This document shows, piece by piece, positions 28,776 through 36,593 of a DNA stretch of 64,000 bases; the first letter of the stretch is position 1, and the number at the start of each line of letters is the position of its first letter. The notes under the pieces were generated by a model. The model saw only the letters and a program-made list of their open reading frames with translations. It did not search any database and was not told the origin of the DNA. Location: assembly GCA_025360605.1 (NCBI GenBank), contig JANYBV010000040.1:2193-66192 (forward strand), read 5' to 3'. This DNA comes from Alphaproteobacteria bacterium (GTDB taxonomy: Bacteria; Pseudomonadota; Alphaproteobacteria; Rickettsiales; SXRF01). Both the position numbers and the translations under genes were made by a program.

Positions 28776-30022
28776 TTCATAAGCATGGTTCTACTATCTT
28801 GTTGTCCATGGGAACGCGGCCTGAAATCATCAAGATGGCGCCTGTGTATCTGGAATTGAAAAAACGTGGTGCCCAGCCGTTGTTATTGCACACGGGTCAG
28901 CATAGTGACATGGCGACGGCACTGTATAACCTGTTTGGCATGGTTCCTGATTACCATATCGACCTAAAGCGTGATTCTAAACCAGTGATCCTGAACGGGG
29001 AAGCCAAAGCCTCTGATCTGGCTGAACTCAGCAGCTCGTTGCTTCTGGAATGCTCTAAAATTCTGACTATGGCTGACCCTTCAATCGTGCTTGTCCATGG
29101 TGATACCAGCAGTGCGCTGATGATGACACTGGCAGCCTATTACCATAAATGCAAAATTGCCCATGTTGAGGCCGGATTACGTTCGTTTGACGAGCATAAC
29201 CCGTTTCCGGAAGAGAAGAACCGCGCGCTCATCGGTCAGATGGCGCACTGGCATTTTGCCCCGACCATCCGCGCCCGCAATAACCTGCGCAGCGAGGGAA
29301 TAGCCGATAATACCATTTTTGTAGTGGGTAACACCATTGTTCAGGCGGCTAAACTCGGCGCGGATTTGCTGGAAGCGCAGCGTAAAAAGAAAGACGACAG
29401 CGTTCCCGATCTGGTGGATAAGCTGAGTAAAAAAATGGAAGATATGCGGATGGTTCTTGTAACTAGTCACCGCCGCGAAAACCATCATGAGGGTTTGCGC
29501 TCGATTGCAAAATCGGTTCTGGAATTGCTCAAAACCCATAAAGATATGTTCGTTGTGTGGCCTATCCATCCGAATCCTAGTGTCATGAAAATTGTGCATG
29601 AAGAAGTAGGACATCTGGAAGGCGAGCTGGCGGAACGCCTGTTCCTCACCAAACCACTGAGCTATCCGGTGCTGTTATGGACCCTGAAACATTCATGGGT
29701 GGTGCTTACCGATTCCGGCGGGATTCAGGAAGAAGCGGTGTCGCTGAATACGCCTGTGCTTATCCTTCGCAAAACCACGGAACGCCCCGAGGTGATTGAG
29801 GTTGGGGCAGGGGCGCTTGTGGGAACCAATAGCGAGCGCATTTTGTCAACGGTTGCCCAGCTGACGAATAATCCTGATCAATATGAAGCAATGAGGAATG
29901 TCACCAATCCGTTTGGCGATACGCGCGTGGCCAATACGATCTGTAATATTTTGTTGGGCAAAGAAACCATCCGCCAACAACCTAAAAATCCTCCGTTTTT
30001 ACAAGAGTCGTCGCATGTCTAG
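28772..30022 (+). CDS. wecB: UDP-N-acetylglucosamine 2-epimerase (non-hydrolysing)
   Basis: GGAGG RBS and an ATGA overlap with the upstream gene. Motifs ILLSMGTRPEIIKMAPV, HVEAGLRSFD..PFPEEKNR and TDSGGIQEE. Confidence 0.85.
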   Translation: MIHKHGSTILLSMGTRPEIIKMAPVYLELKKRGAQPLLLHTGQHSDMATALYNLFGMVPDYHIDLKRDSKPVILNGEAKASDLAELSSSLLLECSKILTMADPSIVLVHGDTSSALMMTLAAYYHKCKIAHVEAGLRSFDEHNPFPEEKNRALIGQMAHWHFAPTIRARNNLRSEGIADNTIFVVGNTIVQAAKLGADLLEAQRKKKDDSVPDLVDKLSKKMEDMRMVLVTSHRRENHHEGLRSIAKSVLELLKTHKDMFVVWPIHPNPSVMKIVHEEVGHLEGELAERLFLTKPLSYPVLLWTLKHSWVVLTDSGGIQEEAVSLNTPVLILRKTTERPEVIEVGAGALVGTNSERILSTVAQLTNNPDQYEAMRNVTNPFGDTRVANTICNILLGKETIRQQPKNPPFLQESSHV

Positions 30023-31025
30023 AATTTTCTGTTCCACCATTTTAGCCTTATACTTCACCTCGGGGGTATGCCTCGCCGACACTACGCCTGCATCTGACGT
30101 ATCGGAAGCGCAGATTTTTGCGATCAATGATCCTGCCATCACTATGCCTACGGATACCACGCCTGCATGGTTGAATAAAATGGCATCTCCGCCGGTATTT
30201 TTGCGTAAAAACGAAGCGCAGAACCCGAACGATAAACCGCCAGAAGATCAAAACGCCCAGTCCGCCAATGCGGCTGTCAGCACGCCGGCTACGGACAGCG
30301 AATATATTCCACCGCTCATTCCCAACTATATTGAGGCGGGTTTCAATTATTACAATGTGACGCATAATTACGGCAACAGCTTCGGCCAGTTCGTTAATGC
30401 CCAGTACCAGACGGACCCATGGAACCGCTGGAGCGCAGGATTACAACATGCACAGGCATTTCATGACCAGGGTGAAGCCGCTTCTCTTGCTAATAACCAC
30501 ACCTTCAACGAAGATTGGTATAGTGACGTCGGCGTAAGTGTTGGCAGTCCTGCTTCATTCCTTACCCGTTATCGCGGGGATGCGTCGCTGAGCCGCCGCT
30601 GGCTTGAGAACCGCAATTTTATCACCTCGCTCGGGTTCACTTATGACAAGGCCAATAAAACCTACAGCGACCGTACGATTCATCTGAATTTTGCCTATTA
30701 TTTCCTGTCGCCATGGGTGATTCAGACTGGATTTAACCTCAACGACAGCACACCAGGGAATGTGATTGCACCGTCCGCATTCATTGCGCTGACGTATGGC
30801 TATCAGGGCAAGTACTTCCTGACTGCACGTTATGGTTTTGCACATGAAGCGTACCAGCTGCTTAATTCAGGCAACATCCAGAATTCATTCACCAGCCACA
30901 CAATGGGTGCAAATTGGCGGCAATGGCTTGGATCCGATTGGGGATTCAATCTCGGCACCGAATTTTATATCAATCCCTACTATACGCGCACCGGTGGGAT
31001 TGTTAGCGTTTTCAAGGAATTTTAA
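30015..31025 (+). CDS. outer-membrane beta-barrel protein (YaiO-like by recollection)
   Basis: Signal peptide MSRIFCSTILALYFTSGVCLA. Alternating beta-strand pattern (AGFNYYNVTHNYGNSFG...). C-terminus ...GGIVSVFKEF ends in Phe. 8-nt overlap with wecB. Confidence 0.6.
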   Translation: MSRIFCSTILALYFTSGVCLADTTPASDVSEAQIFAINDPAITMPTDTTPAWLNKMASPPVFLRKNEAQNPNDKPPEDQNAQSANAAVSTPATDSEYIPPLIPNYIEAGFNYYNVTHNYGNSFGQFVNAQYQTDPWNRWSAGLQHAQAFHDQGEAASLANNHTFNEDWYSDVGVSVGSPASFLTRYRGDASLSRRWLENRNFITSLGFTYDKANKTYSDRTIHLNFAYYFLSPWVIQTGFNLNDSTPGNVIAPSAFIALTYGYQGKYFLTARYGFAHEAYQLLNSGNIQNSFTSHTMGANWRQWLGSDWGFNLGTEFYINPYYTRTGGIVSVFKEF

Positions 31026-31027
31026 GA

Positions 31028-31840
31028 ATGAAATCGTCTGAACTGCTCAAACAACTACGGTTTATCCGCTACCACAACTCTCAGGGGCGCGTGATCCCGA
31101 TTCACCACGCGTTTAAAACCATTGAGCTGAACAGTTTTTCACGTACCAGTGCGATTATTTTACCTGTTTTATTCCTGTCTGTATTCTGGCTGATGCTGCC
31201 TGAAATTTTAGATTTCTGGGCGGGGGTGATGAATTTCTGGATGCAACGCATCTATCAGGCAGTCGTGAATTACGAGCAGGTGAGTATTCTCGGACAAAAT
31301 GTATATGTACCCTATCCAATGCTTGAAGCCGAAATGCCTAGTAAAAGACTGGTTTTACTTAATCTGATTATTTGCTTTGTGGTGTTTGCGTTGAGCCTGT
31401 TGTTGCCGAAGAAATGGATTCCGCTGACGTATTTAATGCGTACATTGCTGTTGATTCAGGGATCAGCTTCTGTGAATCGCTTACTTTCTCCTGATTTTTT
31501 TCCGTACACGATGAAGATTTACATGCTGGATTCGCTGACCTTATGTGTCTACATGCTCATGGTGTTGCCGTTGTTGCTTGGGCTTGTGTATTACATCTTT
31601 GACTTTCCGGTGTGGCGAAAGTGCCTGCTGACTATTCTCATGCTGGTATATTATCTGTTGTTCATCCCGTGCCAGTACACGTTGCATGCCTATCTGATCC
31701 ATGAATATTCCATGATTATGCTGCCTGTTTTATACATATTCTTCGGGGTGCTGCTGGATGTACTTACATTTGTCAGTATTTACTCGTTTGGTATGAGCTG
31801 GCGCAGTCGCCGCAATGCGCTGAGAGGTCGTGGGGCATAA
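31028..31840 (+). CDS. polytopic inner-membrane protein, unknown family
   Basis: 270 aa and about 6-7 hydrophobic helices. Starts 2 nt after the barrel gene stop. Last gene of the operon. Confidence 0.6.
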   Translation: MKSSELLKQLRFIRYHNSQGRVIPIHHAFKTIELNSFSRTSAIILPVLFLSVFWLMLPEILDFWAGVMNFWMQRIYQAVVNYEQVSILGQNVYVPYPMLEAEMPSKRLVLLNLIICFVVFALSLLLPKKWIPLTYLMRTLLLIQGSASVNRLLSPDFFPYTMKIYMLDSLTLCVYMLMVLPLLLGLVYYIFDFPVWRKCLLTILMLVYYLLFIPCQYTLHAYLIHEYSMIMLPVLYIFFGVLLDVLTFVSIYSFGMSWRSRRNALRGRGA

Positions 31841-32006
31841 TGAAAATAGTATCATTTATTAGTGTCTTATGAATTATTGTAAATTTTAATGGCATTGGTA
31901 AGCAGGCAATTTACAAAACTACAATTTTTATGTGGTATATTTCAGGAATTATGCTAAACACACAAACCTTAATAATAATTAATTATATTTCTTAGGAAGA
32001 ACAGAA

Positions 32007-32657
32007 ATGAGCGAAGAATCAAAAATAAAGCGTTTTTCAGGCACCATCGCATTTGTGATATGCTTTGTTATCGGCTGTATGTTTTTGTATTGGGCTGTTG
32101 AATACTGGGTATATAACAGCTTCGATTCTAACCGCTATGAATTGTCCAAAATTCAGGTGGGCAACAGCGATTCGCTCAGCACATGGAAACTCGACAAACG
32201 TACCGGAAATCTTGAATACTGCACGAAATCTTATGAAAAGATGGATCATTTCGTGTGCGTTCGTTCGGTGACGATTGATGCCAAAGAATACTCCAATGTT
32301 CCAGAGGCAGTAGCCGCTACGGCTCCGGCGACTGCAACAGGAACTGCTACGGCCACTGCGCCAGCAACAGGAACTGCTACGGCCACCGCGCCAGCAATCG
32401 CTACCGGAACTGCCACTGCTCCGGCGCAAGCTGCTACTTCACCTGCTCAGTCGGCTACCACGACTACTACAGCAACCGCTCCGGCTGAAGCGCCTCCTGC
32501 ACCGCCAGCGCCTCCTGCGCCACCAGAAATAGCCACCGCGCCTGCCACCGCTACGGAACCGGCTGTGGACGAAGTGAAAGAACCTGCCAAGCCCGTAGCG
32601 GCTAAAGCCGCACCGGTGAAGCCAACGCCGCATAACAATAATAAAAAACATCAATAA
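32007..32657 (+). CDS. membrane-anchored protein with Ala/Thr/Pro-rich repetitive tail
   Basis: AGGAAG RBS. TM segment (IAFVICFVIGCMFLYWAV), a small 2-Cys domain, then (ATGTATATAP)n and PPAPPAPPAPP low-complexity sequence, and a basic C-terminus. Confidence 0.55.
   Translation: MSEESKIKRFSGTIAFVICFVIGCMFLYWAVEYWVYNSFDSNRYELSKIQVGNSDSLSTWKLDKRTGNLEYCTKSYEKMDHFVCVRSVTIDAKEYSNVPEAVAATAPATATGTATATAPATGTATATAPAIATGTATAPAQAATSPAQSATTTTTATAPAEAPPAPPAPPAPPEIATAPATATEPAVDEVKEPAKPVAAKAAPVKPTPHNNNKKHQ
32334..32423 (+). repeat. 30-bp coding tandem repeat, about 3 copies
   Basis: gcaacaggaactgctacggccac[t/c]gcgcca occurs at 32334-32363 and 32364-32393. A degenerate third copy lies at 32394-32423. Confidence 0.8.
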
Positions 32658-32848
32658 CAGATAGTTAGATTAATTTATGGCCTGCCACCCCCGTCAAAAG
32701 GGCTGACAGGCCATTGCTACATCTGCATTAATTAATTTCTGTTAATAAGTTGATTTTTGTGTTATCATCCACCTGTTTCGAGGTTTGTTAGCGGTGGGTA
32801 AAGTGCCCCCCGTAACAACCAATTTCTCCGTACTCTAGGAGTCGACAA

Positions 32849-33766
32849 GTGAAGAAGTTCTCTCAGGTTCGTCGTGGCGGTTTTACCCTCGTCGAAGTCT
32901 TGGTGGTGATTGCTATCATCGCTATCCTTATCGGCCTGCTTTTGCCAGCTGTACAAGCAGCCCGCAACGCGGCCAGCCGGATGCAGAGCGTCAACCACCT
33001 CAAGCAGGTGGCCCTCGCGATGCACAACTTCCACGATGCGCATAATGCCTTTCCACAGAACGGCAACGATGCCGGTGGAAACATTCTGCGTAGCTGGATG
33101 GTTGATCTGGGTCCGTATGTTGAGGCGCAAGTCTCAAGCTACGATCCAACGACACCGTTCTGCGACGGCAACAACGCAACGACCTTCGGACTCAACTGTC
33201 CAAAGGTCTACACCTTGCCTTGGTTCAATATGGGTTCAAACCCTGGTGAACAAGGCATTGGTCTTGTCTGTGGTGAAAGCTACAACATGTACGACATCTC
33301 CAGCCGATCCTCGTTGGATTGGAGCTACTGGCAGTTGTCTACCGGAGGATTCGTCCCCCGCACCCCTACAGGAGTCGGGCGAACGGCTAAAAACCGATCG
33401 CTGCCAGGATTTCCTGCTAACCCGAAGGTGAACATATCTTCGATCACTGATGGTACCTCAAACACCATCATGCTCGCACCGCTCGCCGGCTACGTCGAAT
33501 ACAACGATGCGCAAGCAGACATGTACAGACGAACCGTGTGGACCAACCCAGCCTTCGGGCTCGTGGACGGTACAAGGGCGATGGAAGTGACACTCGGAAA
33601 ACCGCTTCAGATGGACGACCTGCAAAGGCACGTCGTCGGAATGCGAAACGGGCTGACCCTCATCGCGAAAGCAGATGGTTCAGCAGGCGTGTACAACGTC
33701 AACATCCTGATGCTGCCCAACTTGAGTAAAATCAATTCGGGTGCCATCAAGAACTTCGGCGAGTAA
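32849..33766 (+). CDS. DUF1559 / H-X9-DG-type protein with prepilin-type N-terminal cleavage-methylation motif (Planctomycetes-type pseudopilin-like)
   Basis: GTG start 7 nt after AGGAG. N-terminus RRGGFTLVEVLVVIAIIAILIGLLLPAVQAARNAASRMQSVNHLKQVALAMHNFHD. Mid-protein SSITDGTSNTIML and C-terminal ...KADGS... Strong C-ending codon preference. Confidence 0.8.
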   Translation: MKKFSQVRRGGFTLVEVLVVIAIIAILIGLLLPAVQAARNAASRMQSVNHLKQVALAMHNFHDAHNAFPQNGNDAGGNILRSWMVDLGPYVEAQVSSYDPTTPFCDGNNATTFGLNCPKVYTLPWFNMGSNPGEQGIGLVCGESYNMYDISSRSSLDWSYWQLSTGGFVPRTPTGVGRTAKNRSLPGFPANPKVNISSITDGTSNTIMLAPLAGYVEYNDAQADMYRRTVWTNPAFGLVDGTRAMEVTLGKPLQMDDLQRHVVGMRNGLTLIAKADGSAGVYNVNILMLPNLSKINSGAIKNFGE

Positions 33767-33790
33767 TCGTTGGGGTTAGAAAAAATCAAG

Positions 33791-33828
33791 CCGCTCTCCC
33801 CCAACCAAGGGGGAAGCGGTTTTTTTTT
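33791..33828. terminator. strong bidirectional intrinsic terminator
   Basis: CCGCTCTCCCCC-AACCAA-GGGGGAAGCGG followed by T9. Lies between the convergent genes ending at 33766 (+) and 33831 (-). Confidence 0.7.
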
Positions 33829-33830
33829 GC

Positions 33831-34628
33831 CTATTTTTTCTTTTTACGGCTTTTGGATACCAGCTTGGTAAAATGACCTGACGAAGCAGGTTTATCCGAC
33901 GGTGTTGCTTTATCCGGCGCTGCCGGTGTTGCAGCATCATTGGAAACAGCTAACTGCATGCTGGCTGGTTCCGTAGGTTTGGCGGCCTCAACAGGAGCAG
34001 GAGGTGCAACAAACCCTTTCTTGTCGATCTTTTTAAGGTTCTGCCTGATTTCGATGACATACTCGCCCTCATCACGCTTGATCACCTGCAATTCAAGGCG
34101 CTGCACAGGGGATTGTCCTTTTGTCGCTTTTACATACGTCATGATTTTTAGTTTATTTAATCCAGGGACGCTGATCTCAGGGAATTCCTCATGAAGGTTC
34201 ATCAGCTGTTCGCCTGCTTCTTGCATGGTCGAGAATTTTTTAGTGCGCAGCGCGGCACGCATGACCGGATGTCCCATATTCGGGTGGCGGCGGGCAATGG
34301 GTTTACGCATAGGGTGTTTGCGTAGCGGCACATCTAATTTAGTGAGCGTCAGTGTCCATTTGCCACTGGGGATCTGGTGCATGGTAATCCGGCCAAAGTT
34401 ACCCAGAAAACCTTCTTTCTTTTCTTTCTCTGTCAGCTCTAGCGAATGCACCCACAGTACAAACGATTTTTTGTCCAGCGGATCGGACATCTTGGGGGCG
34501 AGGGTGAATTCCTCGGCAAATTTATTGGTAATCATCTGCGCCTGTTCAAGCGTCTGGAAGCGGAACAATGAATGTATCATCGCCTGCACGGACTCATGGG
34601 CAACAAACGCGTAGTTCTTTTTATTCAT
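33831..34628 (-). CDS. hypothetical protein (Lys-rich C-terminus)
   Basis: 265-aa ORF with an ATG start and host-like codon usage. A/P-rich linker and a KSRKKKK tail. No family recognised. Confidence 0.5.
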   Translation of the reverse strand: MNKKNYAFVAHESVQAMIHSLFRFQTLEQAQMITNKFAEEFTLAPKMSDPLDKKSFVLWVHSLELTEKEKKEGFLGNFGRITMHQIPSGKWTLTLTKLDVPLRKHPMRKPIARRHPNMGHPVMRAALRTKKFSTMQEAGEQLMNLHEEFPEISVPGLNKLKIMTYVKATKGQSPVQRLELQVIKRDEGEYVIEIRQNLKKIDKKGFVAPPAPVEAAKPTEPASMQLAVSNDAATPAAPDKATPSDKPASSGHFTKLVSKSRKKKK

Positions 34629-34881
34629 ACATGGATCACTGAAGGTTTATTACCTGAACACCCTATTAACCTACTAAAATTATATAAAATTTTGGTTAAT
34701 CAACGCACTAATAGTATTGGGGGAGGTTTTAGGCTGCATGGGGCAATTGTGACAATGCTGTCATAATTGGTGAGATGAAATTGTCATATTTATCCGTAAC
34801 CTAATCATCAACCTTTCACACTAACCAAGGGAGGAATTCGTTAGAATGTGGGGTATATAGACAAGGGATAAACAAATTTTT

Positions 34882-35871
34882 ATGCAGCAAGCGATCCAAA
34901 CAAATCCGGCCATTGCCATACCAAACCTTAATATTGCCATGAGCAAGAGCGATAGCTCGCGTATTGAAGGGGATGCATTGAATATTCAGGCAGGGCTGGG
35001 CGGTAGCCTAAGCTTCGTAAGGTCGAGCTTAAGCCAGTTAAAAATGCTTCTGGGTATGGTGGGGAAGGGTAAGCAATCGGCACAGGCGCAAAGTACCATT
35101 AATTCTGCCATCGCTAAAGCCAAAAGCAGAATAGACCAACTGGAGTCCGAAGAAAATAGCAAAGGCGGTAGTGTCGATCTACAGGCTAAATTTGAGCTGG
35201 TTATCTACGGATTTATGTCAGCAAGAGCTAAGAAATTTTATGATAGCATTGATGAAAAATCGACCTTCCACTTGGCCCATGTGAATGAGGATGGTGAATT
35301 ATCCGCTCATAAAGTGAAGCACATTGATGGTAAGAGCATCAAACGCCTGTTGAGTTTGATTAAGTTCCACAGCTTGGATACCGCTAATAAAAAGAAAGCC
35401 TTATACGATACGTTTGGTGCGGAAGCCGCCGAGGAAGAGGGAACCCCCAAGGATAAAGAAACGCTGGTTAAAAAGAAGAAGGAGCTGCTAGAGCTTCATG
35501 AAGCGCTCGATACGATGGAAGCGTATAAAGCCTACATGATCACGCGTAAATTCAAACCGGATGTTGCCGCCGCCATGATTGAAAAAAATCATCAGGCGAT
35601 TATTGTGGCGCACGATCAGATCGATGAAGTGGCAAGAAAATACGATGAGCTGATTGCGGATGTCAATAATGGCATGGCAATGGCAACGCTGAAGGTGGCC
35701 AAGCTGAAAATGAAAAAGATTTTAAAAGATGATGTGATTGATCATATCCTCCTTGACCAGCCGGTTACGTCGCAGGTTGTAAGCGGAGGCATGCCCGCTT
35801 TTGAAAGTATATCCGGATTTCCTGGGCTTTCGTCGTTGCAAACCGCCTTTTCCATGCCGGTTGCCACCTAG
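34882..35871 (+). CDS. hypothetical coiled-coil protein
   Basis: 329-aa ORF with an ATG start, K/E-rich helical segments and no TM or signal sequence. No family recognised. Confidence 0.5.
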   Translation: MQQAIQTNPAIAIPNLNIAMSKSDSSRIEGDALNIQAGLGGSLSFVRSSLSQLKMLLGMVGKGKQSAQAQSTINSAIAKAKSRIDQLESEENSKGGSVDLQAKFELVIYGFMSARAKKFYDSIDEKSTFHLAHVNEDGELSAHKVKHIDGKSIKRLLSLIKFHSLDTANKKKALYDTFGAEAAEEEGTPKDKETLVKKKKELLELHEALDTMEAYKAYMITRKFKPDVAAAMIEKNHQAIIVAHDQIDEVARKYDELIADVNNGMAMATLKVAKLKMKKILKDDVIDHILLDQPVTSQVVSGGMPAFESISGFPGLSSLQTAFSMPVAT

Positions 35872-35977
35872 ATTTCTCATAATTTTTTATATCACTAGCG
35901 CACATTTGATCGGGATCAAAGTCCCGATCATGCTTATTTGGTTAGTTGCGGTTATACTAACTTTAAGAAAGCGCCTT

Positions 35978-36190
35978 ATGAAAAAAATAATTCTTTCTAC
36001 CCTCGAAGTGGTGTCATTTTCTTCTCCTTTGTTTGCAGCCAGCGATGCCTTTAAGGCGGGCGACTGGATGGTCAGGGCGCGGGCTCTTTATGTTATGCCG
36101 CAGGAAAGCAGCATCCTCTCAATTGGTGGTGCGGTGAAGGTAGATATCGATCCGTTGCTGATTGGTGTAGGTGTTGGGTATAAATTTTAA
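35978..36190 (+). pseudogene. ompW remnant (in-frame internal deletion)
   Basis: The 70-aa product joins an OmpW-like N-terminus (signal peptide, AGDWMVRARALYVMPQESS) directly to an OmpW-like C-terminal strand (VKVDIDPLLIGVGVGYKF). About 140 aa of barrel are missing. Confidence 0.55.
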
Positions 36191-36210
36191 TTTTTTAGGG
36201 AGGTTATATT

Positions 36211-36453
36211 GTGTTTAACGAAAAACTGGAACTAGCTCAGGAATTCCCCGAGCATAAAGATACGATTCATAAGCTGAAGACCAGCGATGCTCATTTTGCA
36301 AGGCTTTTTGACGAATACCACGAGGTCATCAGGCAGGTTTCCAGAATTGAGCAGGAGATTGAAACCGTTGCTGACCATGTGGCAGAAGGTTTTAAAAAGA
36401 AACGCCTCGCGCTCAAAGACGAACTGTTTAAAATGCTTAAAAAAGCGGCTTAG
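36211..36453 (+). CDS. DUF465 (YdcH-like) small protein
   Basis: 80 aa, GTG start. The pattern H...I..LK..D..F..L...Y.....I..IE is typical of DUF465. Confidence 0.7.
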   Translation: MFNEKLELAQEFPEHKDTIHKLKTSDAHFARLFDEYHEVIRQVSRIEQEIETVADHVAEGFKKKRLALKDELFKMLKKAA

Positions 36454-36478
36454 GCTGCATTCTTTAATCATCTGAAAA

Positions 36479-36507
36479 AGCATGCGCGGTGGCGTATGCT
36501 TTTTTTG
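36479..36507 (+). terminator. intrinsic terminator after the DUF465 gene
   Basis: AGCATGCG-CGGTGG-CGTATGCT stem-loop followed by TTTTTTT. Confidence 0.6.
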
Positions 36508-36561
36508 TTTATTGAAAGATAAGCCTTTGAATCTATTAAGATGGATTGATTGGGGGTATTG

Positions 36562-36570
36562 TGCTATAAT
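36562..36570 (+). promoter_or_regulatory. possible extended -10 promoter element (TGcTATAAT)
   Basis: TGCTATAAT lies 24 nt upstream of the ATG at 36594. The same 9-mer also occurs at 17041-17049 in the EPS divergent region. Confidence 0.3.
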
Positions 36571-36593
36571 TGCCCAATAACAGAAAGTTGTGT

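Noticed and set aside
31028-31840. Idea that the last operon gene is an exosortase, given the PEP-CTERM-like export module nearby
   Set aside because: I could not find the conserved Cys/Arg/His context (e.g. a CSG-type motif) expected for exosortases. It is left as an unknown polytopic protein.
32334-32423. Tandem repeats considered as a possible CRISPR or minisatellite locus
   Set aside because: The repeats are contiguous with no spacers, lie in frame inside an ORF and encode a peptide repeat. This is not a CRISPR array.
32677-32714. Hairpin ATGGCCTG...CAGGCCAT after the repeat-protein gene, considered as a terminator. Also the AT-rich hairpin at 31877-31916.
   Set aside because: No U-tract follows on either strand, and the second stem is weak (A/T only). 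The evidence is not enough to call a terminator.
24032-33830. Assembly chimera as the explanation for the two compositionally odd genes
   Set aside because: Each patch is under 1.1 kb with host-like sequence continuing on both sides, and each gene has complete expression signals. A mis-join would normally produce one breakpoint rather than two small islands. This cannot be excluded without reads.
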